Origin: Candidatus Bathyarchaeota archaeon | Lineage (GTDB): Archaea; Thermoproteota; Bathyarchaeia; TCS64 | Assembly (NCBI GenBank): GCA_043826455.1 | Contig: JBDRQD010000009.1 | Location: forward strand, 1-26,662 | Direction: 5' to 3' | Length of the DNA: 26,662 nt | In this document: positions 1-7,834 of the stretch, piece after piece | How positions within the stretch are numbered: position 1 is the stretch's first letter | How the letters are laid out: every line of letters begins with the position of its first letter | Program-made: the position numbers and the translations under genes | Notes under the pieces: model-generated | The model's input: only the letters and a program-made list of their open reading frames with translations | Database searches by the model: none | What the model was told of the DNA's origin: nothing

Positions 1-471
1 GTGCTCCTCCAGGTTCACCTTGAACATGGTCTCCAGGTAACCCTTCAGGTACTGGGGGGGCACAGCAGCGTTCTCCACCTTGATCTCGTCCTCTATCTTC
101 TCAAAGGTGCCCCACCCCATGTTCTGAAGCTCGTTGAGCACAAGGGGCCAGTTGGCCTTCTTGGTGAGGTTGATGTCCCTGAACTCAGGTTTCAGCACCT
201 TCCGTTTGAGGGCCGTCATGCTCCCCACCCTGTAGGTCTCATACTCCGTGAGGGACTCGAAGAGGTCCAGGAGCATCCCCCTGTCCATTATGATGACCCT
301 GTTGTCGCCTATGCGGTAGATGTCAGGGAGCCAGTCGTGCATGGAGAGCTTCCTGAAAAGGAGCAGAGCCTTGTGGAGGGCCTCGTTCTTGTTCTTGATG
401 TACCGTGTGCGCTCCAGGAACTCCAAGTAGTTGTAGAGGTCGTCATCCACACTGACGTTGAACTCCCTCAT
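1..471 (-). CDS. Ribbon-helix-helix plus V4R-like ligand-binding domain protein, putative regulator (3' end outside window)
   Basis: Hand translation of the minus strand from ATG 471 (SD-like CAGGTGG upstream, in-frame TAA just 5' of it): MREFNVSVDDDLYNYLEFLERTRYIKNKNEALHKAL (RHH pattern) ... RVIIMDRGMLLDLF ... LNELQNMGWGTFE (V4R-like GWG). Open to base 1, so absent from the ORF track. Confidence 0.7.
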   Translation of the reverse strand, partial: MREFNVSVDDDLYNYLEFLERTRYIKNKNEALHKALLLFRKLSMHDWLPDIYRIGDNRVIIMDRGMLLDLFESLTEYETYRVGSMTALKRKVLKPEFRDINLTKKANWPLVLNELQNMGWGTFEKIEDEIKVENAAVPPQYLKGYLETMFKVNLEEH

Positions 472-492
472 GATCCATCCACCTGCTTACTC

Positions 493-756
493 TCACTTAA
501 TCAATAAATCTTCTGAATTATTATCACTATTCTTGCTGAGGCTGTCTATCCGTTTGATCAGGAAGTAAACGAGTAGGCTATACTGGACCAGTAGAAACAG
601 GATCGCCCCAAGGGCAACCAACATGTTGCCTGGTCTCTTATACCAAATTAGACCCATGGCGATGAACATTCCCGCTATTGGGAAGCTGAGTAATACTATT
701 ATGACTTGGCGGTTCGCTTTCAGTATCTCGCTCATGCTGGGCTTCTTCTTAGCCAA
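493..756 (-). CDS. Small membrane protein with two predicted TM helices
   Basis: 87 aa with a basic N-terminus and two hydrophobic stretches (VIIVLLSFPIAGMFIAMGLIW; MLVALGAILFLLVQYSLLVYFLI). TTG start, 21 nt upstream of the next co-oriented gene. Confidence 0.65.
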   Translation of the reverse strand: MAKKKPSMSEILKANRQVIIVLLSFPIAGMFIAMGLIWYKRPGNMLVALGAILFLLVQYSLLVYFLIKRIDSLSKNSDNNSEDLLIK

Positions 757-785
757 GTAAATCCAATGATATCGGGGTTATAGAG

Positions 786-792
786 AAAAAAA
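786..792 (-). terminator. Archaeal oligo(dT) terminator candidate
   Basis: T7 run on the minus strand 2 nt after the stop codon at 795. Confidence 0.45.
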
Positions 793-794
793 GG

Positions 795-1202
795 TTATGA
801 TCTTTCCACGAGCCGAGCCTTGACCGGTTTCATGGTTATGATGGCGCGTCGGTCATCACTCAGCGGGGTGAACCAGAACCTCCTCTTCTGGGAGGGCCTC
901 CAGTAGAGGTACCACCACCTCCACTTCCTGTCCACGAAGCCTTGGTCGGCCAGGGTGGCCATCCCCTCGATCTCGTAGAACACCCCCTCAGTCTGGGCGG
1001 GGAAGGTTACCAGCACCTTGGGGTTACTCTGAATGTCCTTGATTTTTCTCGTTTCCTTCTCTGTCGGGAACCAGATTTCGCCGTAAGGGCTGTCATTGAA
1101 GTTAGTCATCTGCCTGGTGTTCTCCTTGTCCCCGTCGAAGGTGCTCAGGAAAACGACTCGAGCGTTCCTGAAAGCTTCCTCTAAACCATCAATCCTGTTC
1201 AT
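795..1202 (-). CDS. Pyridoxamine 5'-phosphate oxidase-like split-barrel flavin-binding protein (general stress protein 26 type)
   Basis: VFLST...TRQM...IWFPTEKETRKIKDIQSNPKVLVTF...IEGMA pattern. Start moved to ATG 1202 because the longer ORF overlaps tfb, and TTTTAAA lies at 1249-1243. Confidence 0.8.
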   Translation of the reverse strand: MNRIDGLEEAFRNARVVFLSTFDGDKENTRQMTNFNDSPYGEIWFPTEKETRKIKDIQSNPKVLVTFPAQTEGVFYEIEGMATLADQGFVDRKWRWWYLYWRPSQKRRFWFTPLSDDRRAIITMKPVKARLVERS

Positions 1203-1254
1203 TGTAAACGCTCCACACGGATACAGTATCATCGGAGCGGGGTTTAAAATTAGT

Positions 1255-2196
1255 TTACCCCGAGATGGCCGTAACCTGCTCCTGCTGCTTCTCCACCTCT
1301 CTGAGGGTCTCCTCCAGGCCCCTGAGCCTGTTCCTGAGGGTGACCTCCGTGGTGCCGGCGGCCTCAGCCACGTCCTTCTGTATCCTCCTGTCATCCATGC
1401 CCAGGCACGCCATGTACAGGGCCGCCGCGGCCAGGCCCCTGGGGTCCTTACCGGACAGGCCCTGAGCCTGCTTCGCCCTCCTCAGGATGTCCACGGCACG
1501 CTGCTCCGTGTCCCTCCTGAGCCTGAGCTTGGAGGCGATGCTGGGGATGAACTTCATGGGGTCATCTACGGGCATCTTGATCCTGAGCTCCCTGAGGAGA
1601 AGCCTGTAGGTGCGGGAGACCTCCCCCTGGTCCCTGGTGGAGGCCTTGGTGATCTCCTTGAGGGGCCTTGGCACCTTGGACTGGCGGCAGGCCGCGTATA
1701 TGCTGGCGGCGACGAAGGCGTCGATGCTCCTGCCCCTGATGAGGTCCTTCTTCAGGGCCCGCCTGTATATGAGGGCCGCAGCCTCCTTCACGTTCTGGGG
1801 CAGGTGGAGGGCCGCGCTCATCCTGTCCAGCTCCGCCATGGCTATGCTCAGGTTGCGCTTCCAGGTCTCGTCGAACTTGGTCCTGTTGTCGTACCTGCGG
1901 AGTCTGTCCATTTTTATCCGGGTCTCGTCCTTGAGTCTGTTGCCCTGGGCGTCCCTGTCGCCTTTGAAGACGGTTGATAGGCCCTTGTCGTAGAGTGAGT
2001 AGGAGATGCCTAAGCCTGTTCTGCTTCTTGTGTTCTTCTCGTCGGCCGTGAAGGCTCTCCACTCTGGGCCTCTGTCTAGGGGTGACTCGTCTACCACCAG
2101 TCCACAGTTGGCGCACACTGTCTCGCCGTTCTCTGGGTCGTGTACCAGGTTCCTGCTTCCGCAGCGTGCGCAGGCGGTGTTTGTGTTTTCGCTCAC
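1255..2196 (-). CDS. tfb: Transcription initiation factor IIB (TFB)
   Basis: Zn ribbon CARC...CANCG, B-reader GPEWRAF, DKGLST, two cyclin repeats (LIRGRSI, SGKDPRGLAAAALY) and HTH TEVTLRNR. Confidence 0.97.
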   Translation of the reverse strand: MSENTNTACARCGSRNLVHDPENGETVCANCGLVVDESPLDRGPEWRAFTADEKNTRSRTGLGISYSLYDKGLSTVFKGDRDAQGNRLKDETRIKMDRLRRYDNRTKFDETWKRNLSIAMAELDRMSAALHLPQNVKEAAALIYRRALKKDLIRGRSIDAFVAASIYAACRQSKVPRPLKEITKASTRDQGEVSRTYRLLLRELRIKMPVDDPMKFIPSIASKLRLRRDTEQRAVDILRRAKQAQGLSGKDPRGLAAAALYMACLGMDDRRIQKDVAEAAGTTEVTLRNRLRGLEETLREVEKQQEQVTAISG

Positions 2197-2231
2197 AGTG
2201 GTTTTCCTCGTTATTTAAAACAATGAGAACT

Positions 2232-2264
2232 TATGGATAATTTACCCATACGTAAATTATAAAT
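2232..2264. promoter_or_regulatory. Divergent promoter with palindromic operator candidates
   Basis: Perfect 9-bp inverted repeat ATAATTTAC-N6-GTAAATTAT (2237-2260) overlapping the near-palindrome TATGGATAATTTACCCATA (2232-2250) and TATA-like TTATAAAT (2257-2264). Confidence 0.6.
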
Positions 2265-2297
2265 ATTCCGCGGCTTTATAAGCATTTCGAGAAGCCC

Positions 2298-2630
2298 ATG
2301 CCCAAGCCCAAAGGAACCTGCGGCGCCACGAAGATGAAGATACTCGCCATCATGGCCCTAGACACAGGCATGGGCAAGGAGTCCTACGGGTACGACATCT
2401 GGCAGAGGCTCAAGGACCGCCTTTACACGTACATGGACGACAACGACGTCCGCAACGTCTACCACCACCTCAACGACCTGTGCAGCCTGGGCTACATTGC
2501 TAAGTGCCGGGAGGACGAGGAGTGCCCCAAGTGCTACTACACTCTGACACCCATGGGCAGCGGCCTCAGGCACCGCTATCAGCGCTTCCTGGACATACTT
2601 GAAAGCACGGCCGCATCCGGCTCAGGCTAG
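2298..2630 (+). CDS. PadR-like winged-helix transcriptional regulator, Cys-rich
   Basis: KILAIM...SYGYDIWQRL...VYHHLNDLCSLGYI...YYTLTPMG matches the PadR/wHTH layout. Confidence 0.75.
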   Translation: MPKPKGTCGATKMKILAIMALDTGMGKESYGYDIWQRLKDRLYTYMDDNDVRNVYHHLNDLCSLGYIAKCREDEECPKCYYTLTPMGSGLRHRYQRFLDILESTAASGSG

Positions 2631-3110
2631 GTATAACCCAATTCTCACGGCGTCCCCCGCGGTGAGCCCCTTGACGGCATCAGCCAGCACGCTGAGCCTG
2701 AGGGTGTCCCGGTCCAGCCTCACAGTCACCTGGGCCTCATCGCCTTTAACCCTGAACGACAGGATTACCCCCTCAACGGGCTCCGCATCCTGTACAGCTG
2801 AGACCCTGATCAGGGTTTCTCTCAGCTTCTCAAAGTCCTCCACCAGGCCTCTGCCCAGCTCGGTGATCTCGGTGCTTCCACCTCCCAGCCTTCCCCCCTT
2901 GGAGGCAGAGATGAGTGGCTCACCGATGGTCTCCTCCGCCCTGCGTATGAGGCCCCACGCGTAACGGTAGCTCATGCCCAGGCTCTGGGCGGCCTCCTTC
3001 AGGGTCCCCGTCTCATTGATCCTGGTGAGGAGGCTGAAGACGCCGGGCCCGAAGACGTGGCCTTCCTCCGTCTCCAGCCAGAGCTTGAAAGCGGGCCTTG
3101 TCCTCTTCAT
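2622..3110 (-). CDS. modE: ModE-family winged-helix regulator with a C-terminal TOBE/OB-like domain
   Basis: KLWLE...FGPGVFSLL..I.ETGTLKEAAQSLGMSYRYAWGLI...SKGGRLGGGSTEITELG is the ModE N-terminal signature, followed by a short beta-rich C-terminus. Start set at ATG 3110. Confidence 0.8.
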   Translation of the reverse strand: MKRTRPAFKLWLETEEGHVFGPGVFSLLTRINETGTLKEAAQSLGMSYRYAWGLIRRAEETIGEPLISASKGGRLGGGSTEITELGRGLVEDFEKLRETLIRVSAVQDAEPVEGVILSFRVKGDEAQVTVRLDRDTLRLSVLADAVKGLTAGDAVRIGLYLA

Positions 3111-3258
3111 GGTTAACTTGATCGCTTGATGGGTTGATAACGTTAAGGGTCGCCGTGTTTGTGTGGGGGGTTCTACACACATTTTCTTAATACTCTGCAC
3201 CAGAAAATATGGTCTAAACCCAGGTCACTGGATTAGTCAAGTCACGGAGAAATTGAAG

Positions 3259-3879
3259 ATGTGGAATAGACGCAGAGGTATGACGGGTCTCGAGACCGCC
3301 ATCATTCTAGTAGCTTTCGTTATCACGGCGGCTGCATTCGCTTTCGTGATCCTCAACATGGGTTTCCTGACCGCGGAGAAGGCCCAGTCGGTTATCTCGG
3401 CGGGCATGTCCGAGGCCAGCAGCTCCATGCTCATTGACAGCGGACTCGTGGGCTACTTCTCTAACACGACTGTCACACCTGTGAGCCAGGCTAACATATG
3501 CCTCACCAAGGTGGTGTTCTACATAAAGCTCAGCCAGGGCCACGAGCCCATAGACGTGGACGACAACAGGATGGTAGCCACCTATACCAACTCCAGGTGC
3601 CACGGCGAGGTGTACCAGCAGAACGGCACAATCATGACCATTAAGCGCATCACCGGAGACCCTGACACCCTCCTAGAGACGGGTGAGAAGTTCAGAGTCG
3701 AGATAGACTTCACTCAGATGGCCCTGACAGATGCGGACCCAATCCTTGCTACAAGGGCTGAGCTGTACGCCCACCCCTACGAGAAGTTCAGGATAGAGAT
3801 CAGGCCCAGTCAGGGCGCCGTGATGGCCATAGAGCGGCTCATCCCAGCGGTCTACTCCTCGGTCATGACCATAGAGTAG
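3259..3879 (+). CDS. flaB: Archaellin (archaeal flagellin, ArlB/FlaB family)
   Basis: Class III signal peptide MWNRRRG|MTGLETAIILVAFVITAAAFAFVILNMG with Glu at +5, and the conserved DTLLETGEK motif. Start set at ATG 3259. Confidence 0.92.
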   Translation: MWNRRRGMTGLETAIILVAFVITAAAFAFVILNMGFLTAEKAQSVISAGMSEASSSMLIDSGLVGYFSNTTVTPVSQANICLTKVVFYIKLSQGHEPIDVDDNRMVATYTNSRCHGEVYQQNGTIMTIKRITGDPDTLLETGEKFRVEIDFTQMALTDADPILATRAELYAHPYEKFRIEIRPSQGAVMAIERLIPAVYSSVMTIE

Positions 3880-3899
3880 CCCCCACCCACCTTCACCTC

Positions 3900-3906
3900 T
3901 TTTATA
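3900..3906 (+). promoter_or_regulatory. TATA box of a probably leaderless CoA-transferase transcript
   Basis: TTTTATA ending 22 nt before ATG 3929, with no SD motif. Confidence 0.55.
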
Positions 3907-3928
3907 GTATCTAGCCCAGTTATGGCAC

Positions 3929-5125
3929 ATGCTGAGCCGAGACGCCTTCCTGGGTGTCAGAGTACTTGACATGAGCCGGGTTCTTGCTGGCCCATTCTGC
4001 GGCATGCTCTTGGCGGACATGGGGGCCGACGTAATCAAGCTGGAGGTGCCTGGGACAGGCGACGACTCTAGGGAGTTTCCCCCCTTCAAGGACGGGCTGA
4101 GCCTCTACTACGTGAACCTGAACAGGGGCAAGAGGAGCATAACCCTGAACCTGAAGACGGGTGAGGGAAAAGCCATCTTTAAGGAGCTTGTTAAACGATG
4201 CGACGTACTCATAGAGAACTTCAGGCCCGGCACCATGGAGCGCCTCGGACTAAGCTACGATGAGCTTAAGATGGTCAACCCGCGCCTCGTCTACGCCGCC
4301 ATCTCAGGATTCGGCCAGACCGGGCCCTACAGGGACAGGCCCGGCTACGACATCATAGGCCAGGCCATGGGGGGCCTCCTCAGCATCACCGGGTGGCCCA
4401 ACTCGCCCCCCACCCGCTCAGGGACAGCCATCGGGGACATCCTGAGCAGCCTCTTCTGCTGCATAGGCATACTCGCCGCATTGAACATCCGTGACCGCAC
4501 CGGTGAGGGCCAGATGGTGGACGTCTCACTGGTGGACAGCGTCTTCGCGTCCCTGGAGAACATACCCCAGAAGTACTACATTGATGGCCGCCTGCCAGGC
4601 AGGATCGGCAACAGGTACGAGTTCGTCTACCCCTACGACACTTTCAGGGCGCGGGACGGCTGGGTGGTCATTGGGATAGCCAACGACGCCATCTGGGTCA
4701 GGTTCCTGGAGGCAACCGGGCTGAGGAGCCTAGGAGAAGACCCAAGGTACAGGACCAACAAGCTGAGGGTGGAGAACCATGAGCCGCTCAGGCAGGCTCT
4801 TGAGGAGTGGACGTTGGCCCACGACAAGGAGGGGATCGTGAGGCTCCTGAACGACAGCAGGGTGCCCTCATGCCCCATCTACGACATAAAGGAGGCCTCG
4901 GAGGACCCCCACATATCGGGCGCCAGGGAGATGGTGGTGGAAGTGGAGCAGCCCGGCCTGGGCAAGGTGAAGCTCCAGGGGAACCCCATCAAGATGAGCG
5001 CCACGAAACCTGCCCCCAGGGGGCCCGCGCCGGAGCTGGGCGGAGACACGGAGGAGGTTCTCCGAGAGTTTTTAGGGCTGGGCCCCGAGGAGTATAAGAG
5101 GCTCGTGGAGTCCGGTGTCGTCTAG
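3929..5125 (+). CDS. CoA-transferase family III (CaiB/BaiF/Frc type)
   Basis: RVLDMSRVLAGPFCGMLLADMGADVIKLE, NRGKRSITLNLK, ENFRPG, SGFGQTGP, GYD, and the catalytic Asp region AIGDI. Confidence 0.95.
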   Translation: MLSRDAFLGVRVLDMSRVLAGPFCGMLLADMGADVIKLEVPGTGDDSREFPPFKDGLSLYYVNLNRGKRSITLNLKTGEGKAIFKELVKRCDVLIENFRPGTMERLGLSYDELKMVNPRLVYAAISGFGQTGPYRDRPGYDIIGQAMGGLLSITGWPNSPPTRSGTAIGDILSSLFCCIGILAALNIRDRTGEGQMVDVSLVDSVFASLENIPQKYYIDGRLPGRIGNRYEFVYPYDTFRARDGWVVIGIANDAIWVRFLEATGLRSLGEDPRYRTNKLRVENHEPLRQALEEWTLAHDKEGIVRLLNDSRVPSCPIYDIKEASEDPHISGAREMVVEVEQPGLGKVKLQGNPIKMSATKPAPRGPAPELGGDTEEVLREFLGLGPEEYKRLVESGVV

Positions 5126-5715
5126 TGTTCACCAGCGTTGACCATACTAGGCTTGAACGCATGAGGGCCCTCAAGGAGAGGGCCGAGGCTTGCACCAGGT
5201 GTAATCTATATTCATCTAGGAGCAGCGTCGTCGTAGGCTCCGGGAGCCTGGACGCCGCCATAGTTCTTGTGGGTGAGGCGCCAGGCAGGAAAGAGGACGA
5301 GTCGGGGCTGCCCTTCGTGGGCTCCGCGGGCAAGCTCCTGGACAGGTTGCTTGAGGCTTCGGGGCTCCGACGTGAGGACGTGTTCATCATGAACATCGTG
5401 AAGTGCAGGCCCCCGGGGAACAGGAGGCCCAAGAGGGGTGAGGTGGAGGCTTGCCGGTCCTACTTGGAGGAGCAGCTGGACATCCTCAGGCCCAGGGTCA
5501 TCGCGCCCATGGGTAACAGCAGCCTCAGCTACTTCCTGGGCCGGTACGGCCTGGAGCCTGATGTGATAGGGGACGTCCACGGCTTGCCTATGAGTGTCCA
5601 GGAGAAGTGGGGCGCCGTCACATTGGTGCCCCTGTACCACCCGGCCGCGGCCATATACAACAGGAAGCTCCTCCAGGGTCTGGAGGAGGACATGAAGAAG
5701 CTGCCCAGGCTGTGA
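5125..5715 (+). CDS. udg: Uracil-DNA glycosylase family 4 (4Fe-4S)
   Basis: CTRC, GEAPG, PFVG.AG, NIVKCRPPGNR, HPAA. The start is either GTG 5125 (1-nt overlap with the upstream TAG) or ATG 5161. Confidence 0.95.
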   Translation: MFTSVDHTRLERMRALKERAEACTRCNLYSSRSSVVVGSGSLDAAIVLVGEAPGRKEDESGLPFVGSAGKLLDRLLEASGLRREDVFIMNIVKCRPPGNRRPKRGEVEACRSYLEEQLDILRPRVIAPMGNSSLSYFLGRYGLEPDVIGDVHGLPMSVQEKWGAVTLVPLYHPAAAIYNRKLLQGLEEDMKKLPRL

Positions 5716-5716
5716 C

Positions 5717-7651
5717 CTACATCCGCTCAGGGGCCTCGATCCCTAGGAGCTCCAGGGCGTTGCGTAGTGTTGCCCTCGTGGCATCCACTATGTCTACCCT
5801 GGCTCCTACGAGGCCGGGTGTCTCAGCGTTGATGACCCTCTGGGTGGCGTAGAAGCTGTTGAACTTGTCTGCGAGGCTGTTGGCGTAGGTGGTGATGTCC
5901 CCCGGCTGCAGCTCCGCGGCGGCCCCCTCGAAGACCTCGGGGAACCTGGCTAGCATGTTCACCAGCTCCCTCTCCTTCAGATCGGTGAGCTGCTCATAGT
6001 CAGGCTTGGGCCTCTCCTCGGCCTTCTTCAGTATGTTGCAGGTCCTGGCGTGGCTGTACTGGATGAAGGGGGCGCTGTTGGTTTCAAAGTTCAGCGCCTT
6101 GTCCCAGTCGAAGACCACGGTCTTGTTGGCGTCCACGCTGAGGAGAGTGTACTTCACAGCGCCGTAGCCCACCATCCGCGCGATACCCCTGCGCTGCTCC
6201 TCGGTGAGCTCAGGGGTCCTACGGGTGACCTCCTCGTAGGCAAGCTCCGTGGACTTCTCCACCACCTCCAAGAGGGTGACGTACCTGCCCAGGCGGCCGC
6301 TCATCTTCCCCATAGGGAGCTTCACGAACTCGTACCCGTAGTGGAGCTGGTTGTCACCCATTTGGGCCCTGCCTATGGCGACCAGGGCTATGCGTAGCTG
6401 CAGCTGGGCCAAGGCCTGCTCCTGGCCTATCACGTTGATGACTCTGTCCGCCTGCCCGAACTTGTAGATGCTGTAGGCTATGTCCCTGAGGGTGTACAGG
6501 GTGGTGCCGTCGCTGCGCACCAGGACCAGGCGGGGTATCTCATGGGCCTCGTTGAGCCCCCACTTCCGTTTGAGGTCGTAGTCGCGGGCGATGCCGTCGC
6601 AGTCCAGGACCAGGGCCCCCTGATCCACCTCCACGTAGGGCGTGTTCTTCAGGGCTAGCAGCACCTCGTCGGCTTTCTTGTCCCAGACCAGGTCGCTCTC
6701 GTAGTCGAAGGCGTCGTAGGTGATGCCCATCTCGCCCAGGCTCTCCTCGAATCCGTCCAGGCATATCTTGACCAGCCGCCTCACGGTCTCCACTGTTTCG
6801 GGCTCGTTATTCTCATAAGCTGTATTGATCCTGACTATCTCGTTGGCCGGGTCCGGCACCTTTCTGATCTTTTCCTTCAGCGAGTTGAATATCTCGGGGT
6901 AGCTTGCAGCCAGGTCGTCGGCGGCTGTCTGGAACTTCTCCAGCTCCTCCTGCAGTTCAGCACCACCATAGACGTTGCCCTGCTTCTCAGCCTCTCTGAG
7001 CTCCTTCTCTACCCTGAGGAGCTCCACGTTGATATTCACCCCCGCGTATATGGCTCCCACATAGAGTTCCCCCCTGATGTCCGGCTCAGGTTTCCCTAGG
7101 AGCATCCACCCGTATGTGGCGAGGGCCACCTGCCTACCCATGTCGTTTACCAGGAAGTGTACTAACGTGGGGTGGCCCCTCTTTCTCACTAGGTTGGCGA
7201 GGCAGGCGCCCAGGATCGAGTTGCGGGCGGTCCCTATGGTTATGGGGTGGATGGGGTTGGCGGATGTGTGCTCCACCATCACCCTCTCAGGGTTGGATGC
7301 CTTGAGGAACCCGTACTCCTCGTCCAGCTTGACGGCGGTCTCCAGCACCAGCTTCGAGTAGTTGCCCGTGTCGGCGTGGAAGTTGATGTATCCGTTCAGC
7401 GCCTCGGCCTTCGAGACCAGGGACGCCTTACCCGGCTTGATGCGGCCGACGATGGTCTCGGCTATCCTCTTGGGGGGCTGCCTCAGCTCCCTCGCCAGCT
7501 GGAAGCAGACCGGGGTCGATATGGCCCCCATCTCTGGGCTGGGGGGCTCACTGAACTTGGCTTCTGGTAGCTCCGCGCCAGGGTAGGCCACATCTAAGGC
7601 ACCCCGTAGGAGCTTCTCGCATTCATCTCTAAGCTGCGCGAGGGGATTCAT
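5717..7651 (-). CDS. argS: Arginyl-tRNA synthetase (archaeal type)
   Basis: EHTSANP, VNDMGRQ, RSDGTTLYTLRDIAY, KMSGR.G, PFIQYSHAR and terminal LLGIEAPERM. Start at ATG 7651 with SD AAGGTGA; the longer ORF runs into the tRNA. Confidence 0.95.
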   Translation of the reverse strand: MNPLAQLRDECEKLLRGALDVAYPGAELPEAKFSEPPSPEMGAISTPVCFQLARELRQPPKRIAETIVGRIKPGKASLVSKAEALNGYINFHADTGNYSKLVLETAVKLDEEYGFLKASNPERVMVEHTSANPIHPITIGTARNSILGACLANLVRKRGHPTLVHFLVNDMGRQVALATYGWMLLGKPEPDIRGELYVGAIYAGVNINVELLRVEKELREAEKQGNVYGGAELQEELEKFQTAADDLAASYPEIFNSLKEKIRKVPDPANEIVRINTAYENNEPETVETVRRLVKICLDGFEESLGEMGITYDAFDYESDLVWDKKADEVLLALKNTPYVEVDQGALVLDCDGIARDYDLKRKWGLNEAHEIPRLVLVRSDGTTLYTLRDIAYSIYKFGQADRVINVIGQEQALAQLQLRIALVAIGRAQMGDNQLHYGYEFVKLPMGKMSGRLGRYVTLLEVVEKSTELAYEEVTRRTPELTEEQRRGIARMVGYGAVKYTLLSVDANKTVVFDWDKALNFETNSAPFIQYSHARTCNILKKAEERPKPDYEQLTDLKERELVNMLARFPEVFEGAAAELQPGDITTYANSLADKFNSFYATQRVINAETPGLVGARVDIVDATRATLRNALELLGIEAPERM

Positions 7652-7665
7652 TATGTTCACCTTGT

Positions 7666-7741
7666 TGGCGGGCCCGGCAGGATTCGAACCCGCGATCTCC
7701 GGCTCCGGAGGCCGGTGCATTATCCACTCTGCTACGGGCCC
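7666..7741 (-). tRNA. tRNA-Arg (anticodon CCG), intronless, CCA encoded
   Basis: GGGCCCGTAGCAGAGTGGATAATGCACCGGCCTCCGGAGCCGGAGATCGCGGGTTCGAATCCTGCCGGGCCCGCCA: acceptor stem GGGCCCG/CGGGCCC, anticodon arm CCGGC-CT CCG GA-GCCGG, T loop TTCGAAT, Arg identity elements A20 and discriminator G. Confidence 0.97.
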
Positions 7742-7834
7742 GCACAGATAGAGACACAGGGCATCTCATTAAAGCGTTTCTCAATCTGAGGAGGGCGCGC
7801 AAACAGTATATTCTCATGCGACGCATCAAAGGCT

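Noticed and set aside
1..507. Plus-strand 168-aa ORF and other long antisense ORFs (e.g. 1096-1977, 7826-8671, 8672-9529, 17245-18279, 18484-19359, 24956-25759)
   Set aside because: They are shadows of well-supported genes on the opposite strand caused by high GC at third codon positions, and show no recognisable motifs.
7652..7720. N-terminal extension of argS given by the ORF track
   Set aside because: It is a translation of the tRNA-Arg sequence; an SD and ATG are present at 7651.
7666..7741. tRNA as an integration site for a mobile element
   Set aside because: No duplicated tRNA 3' fragment or integrase was seen, and argS follows directly.
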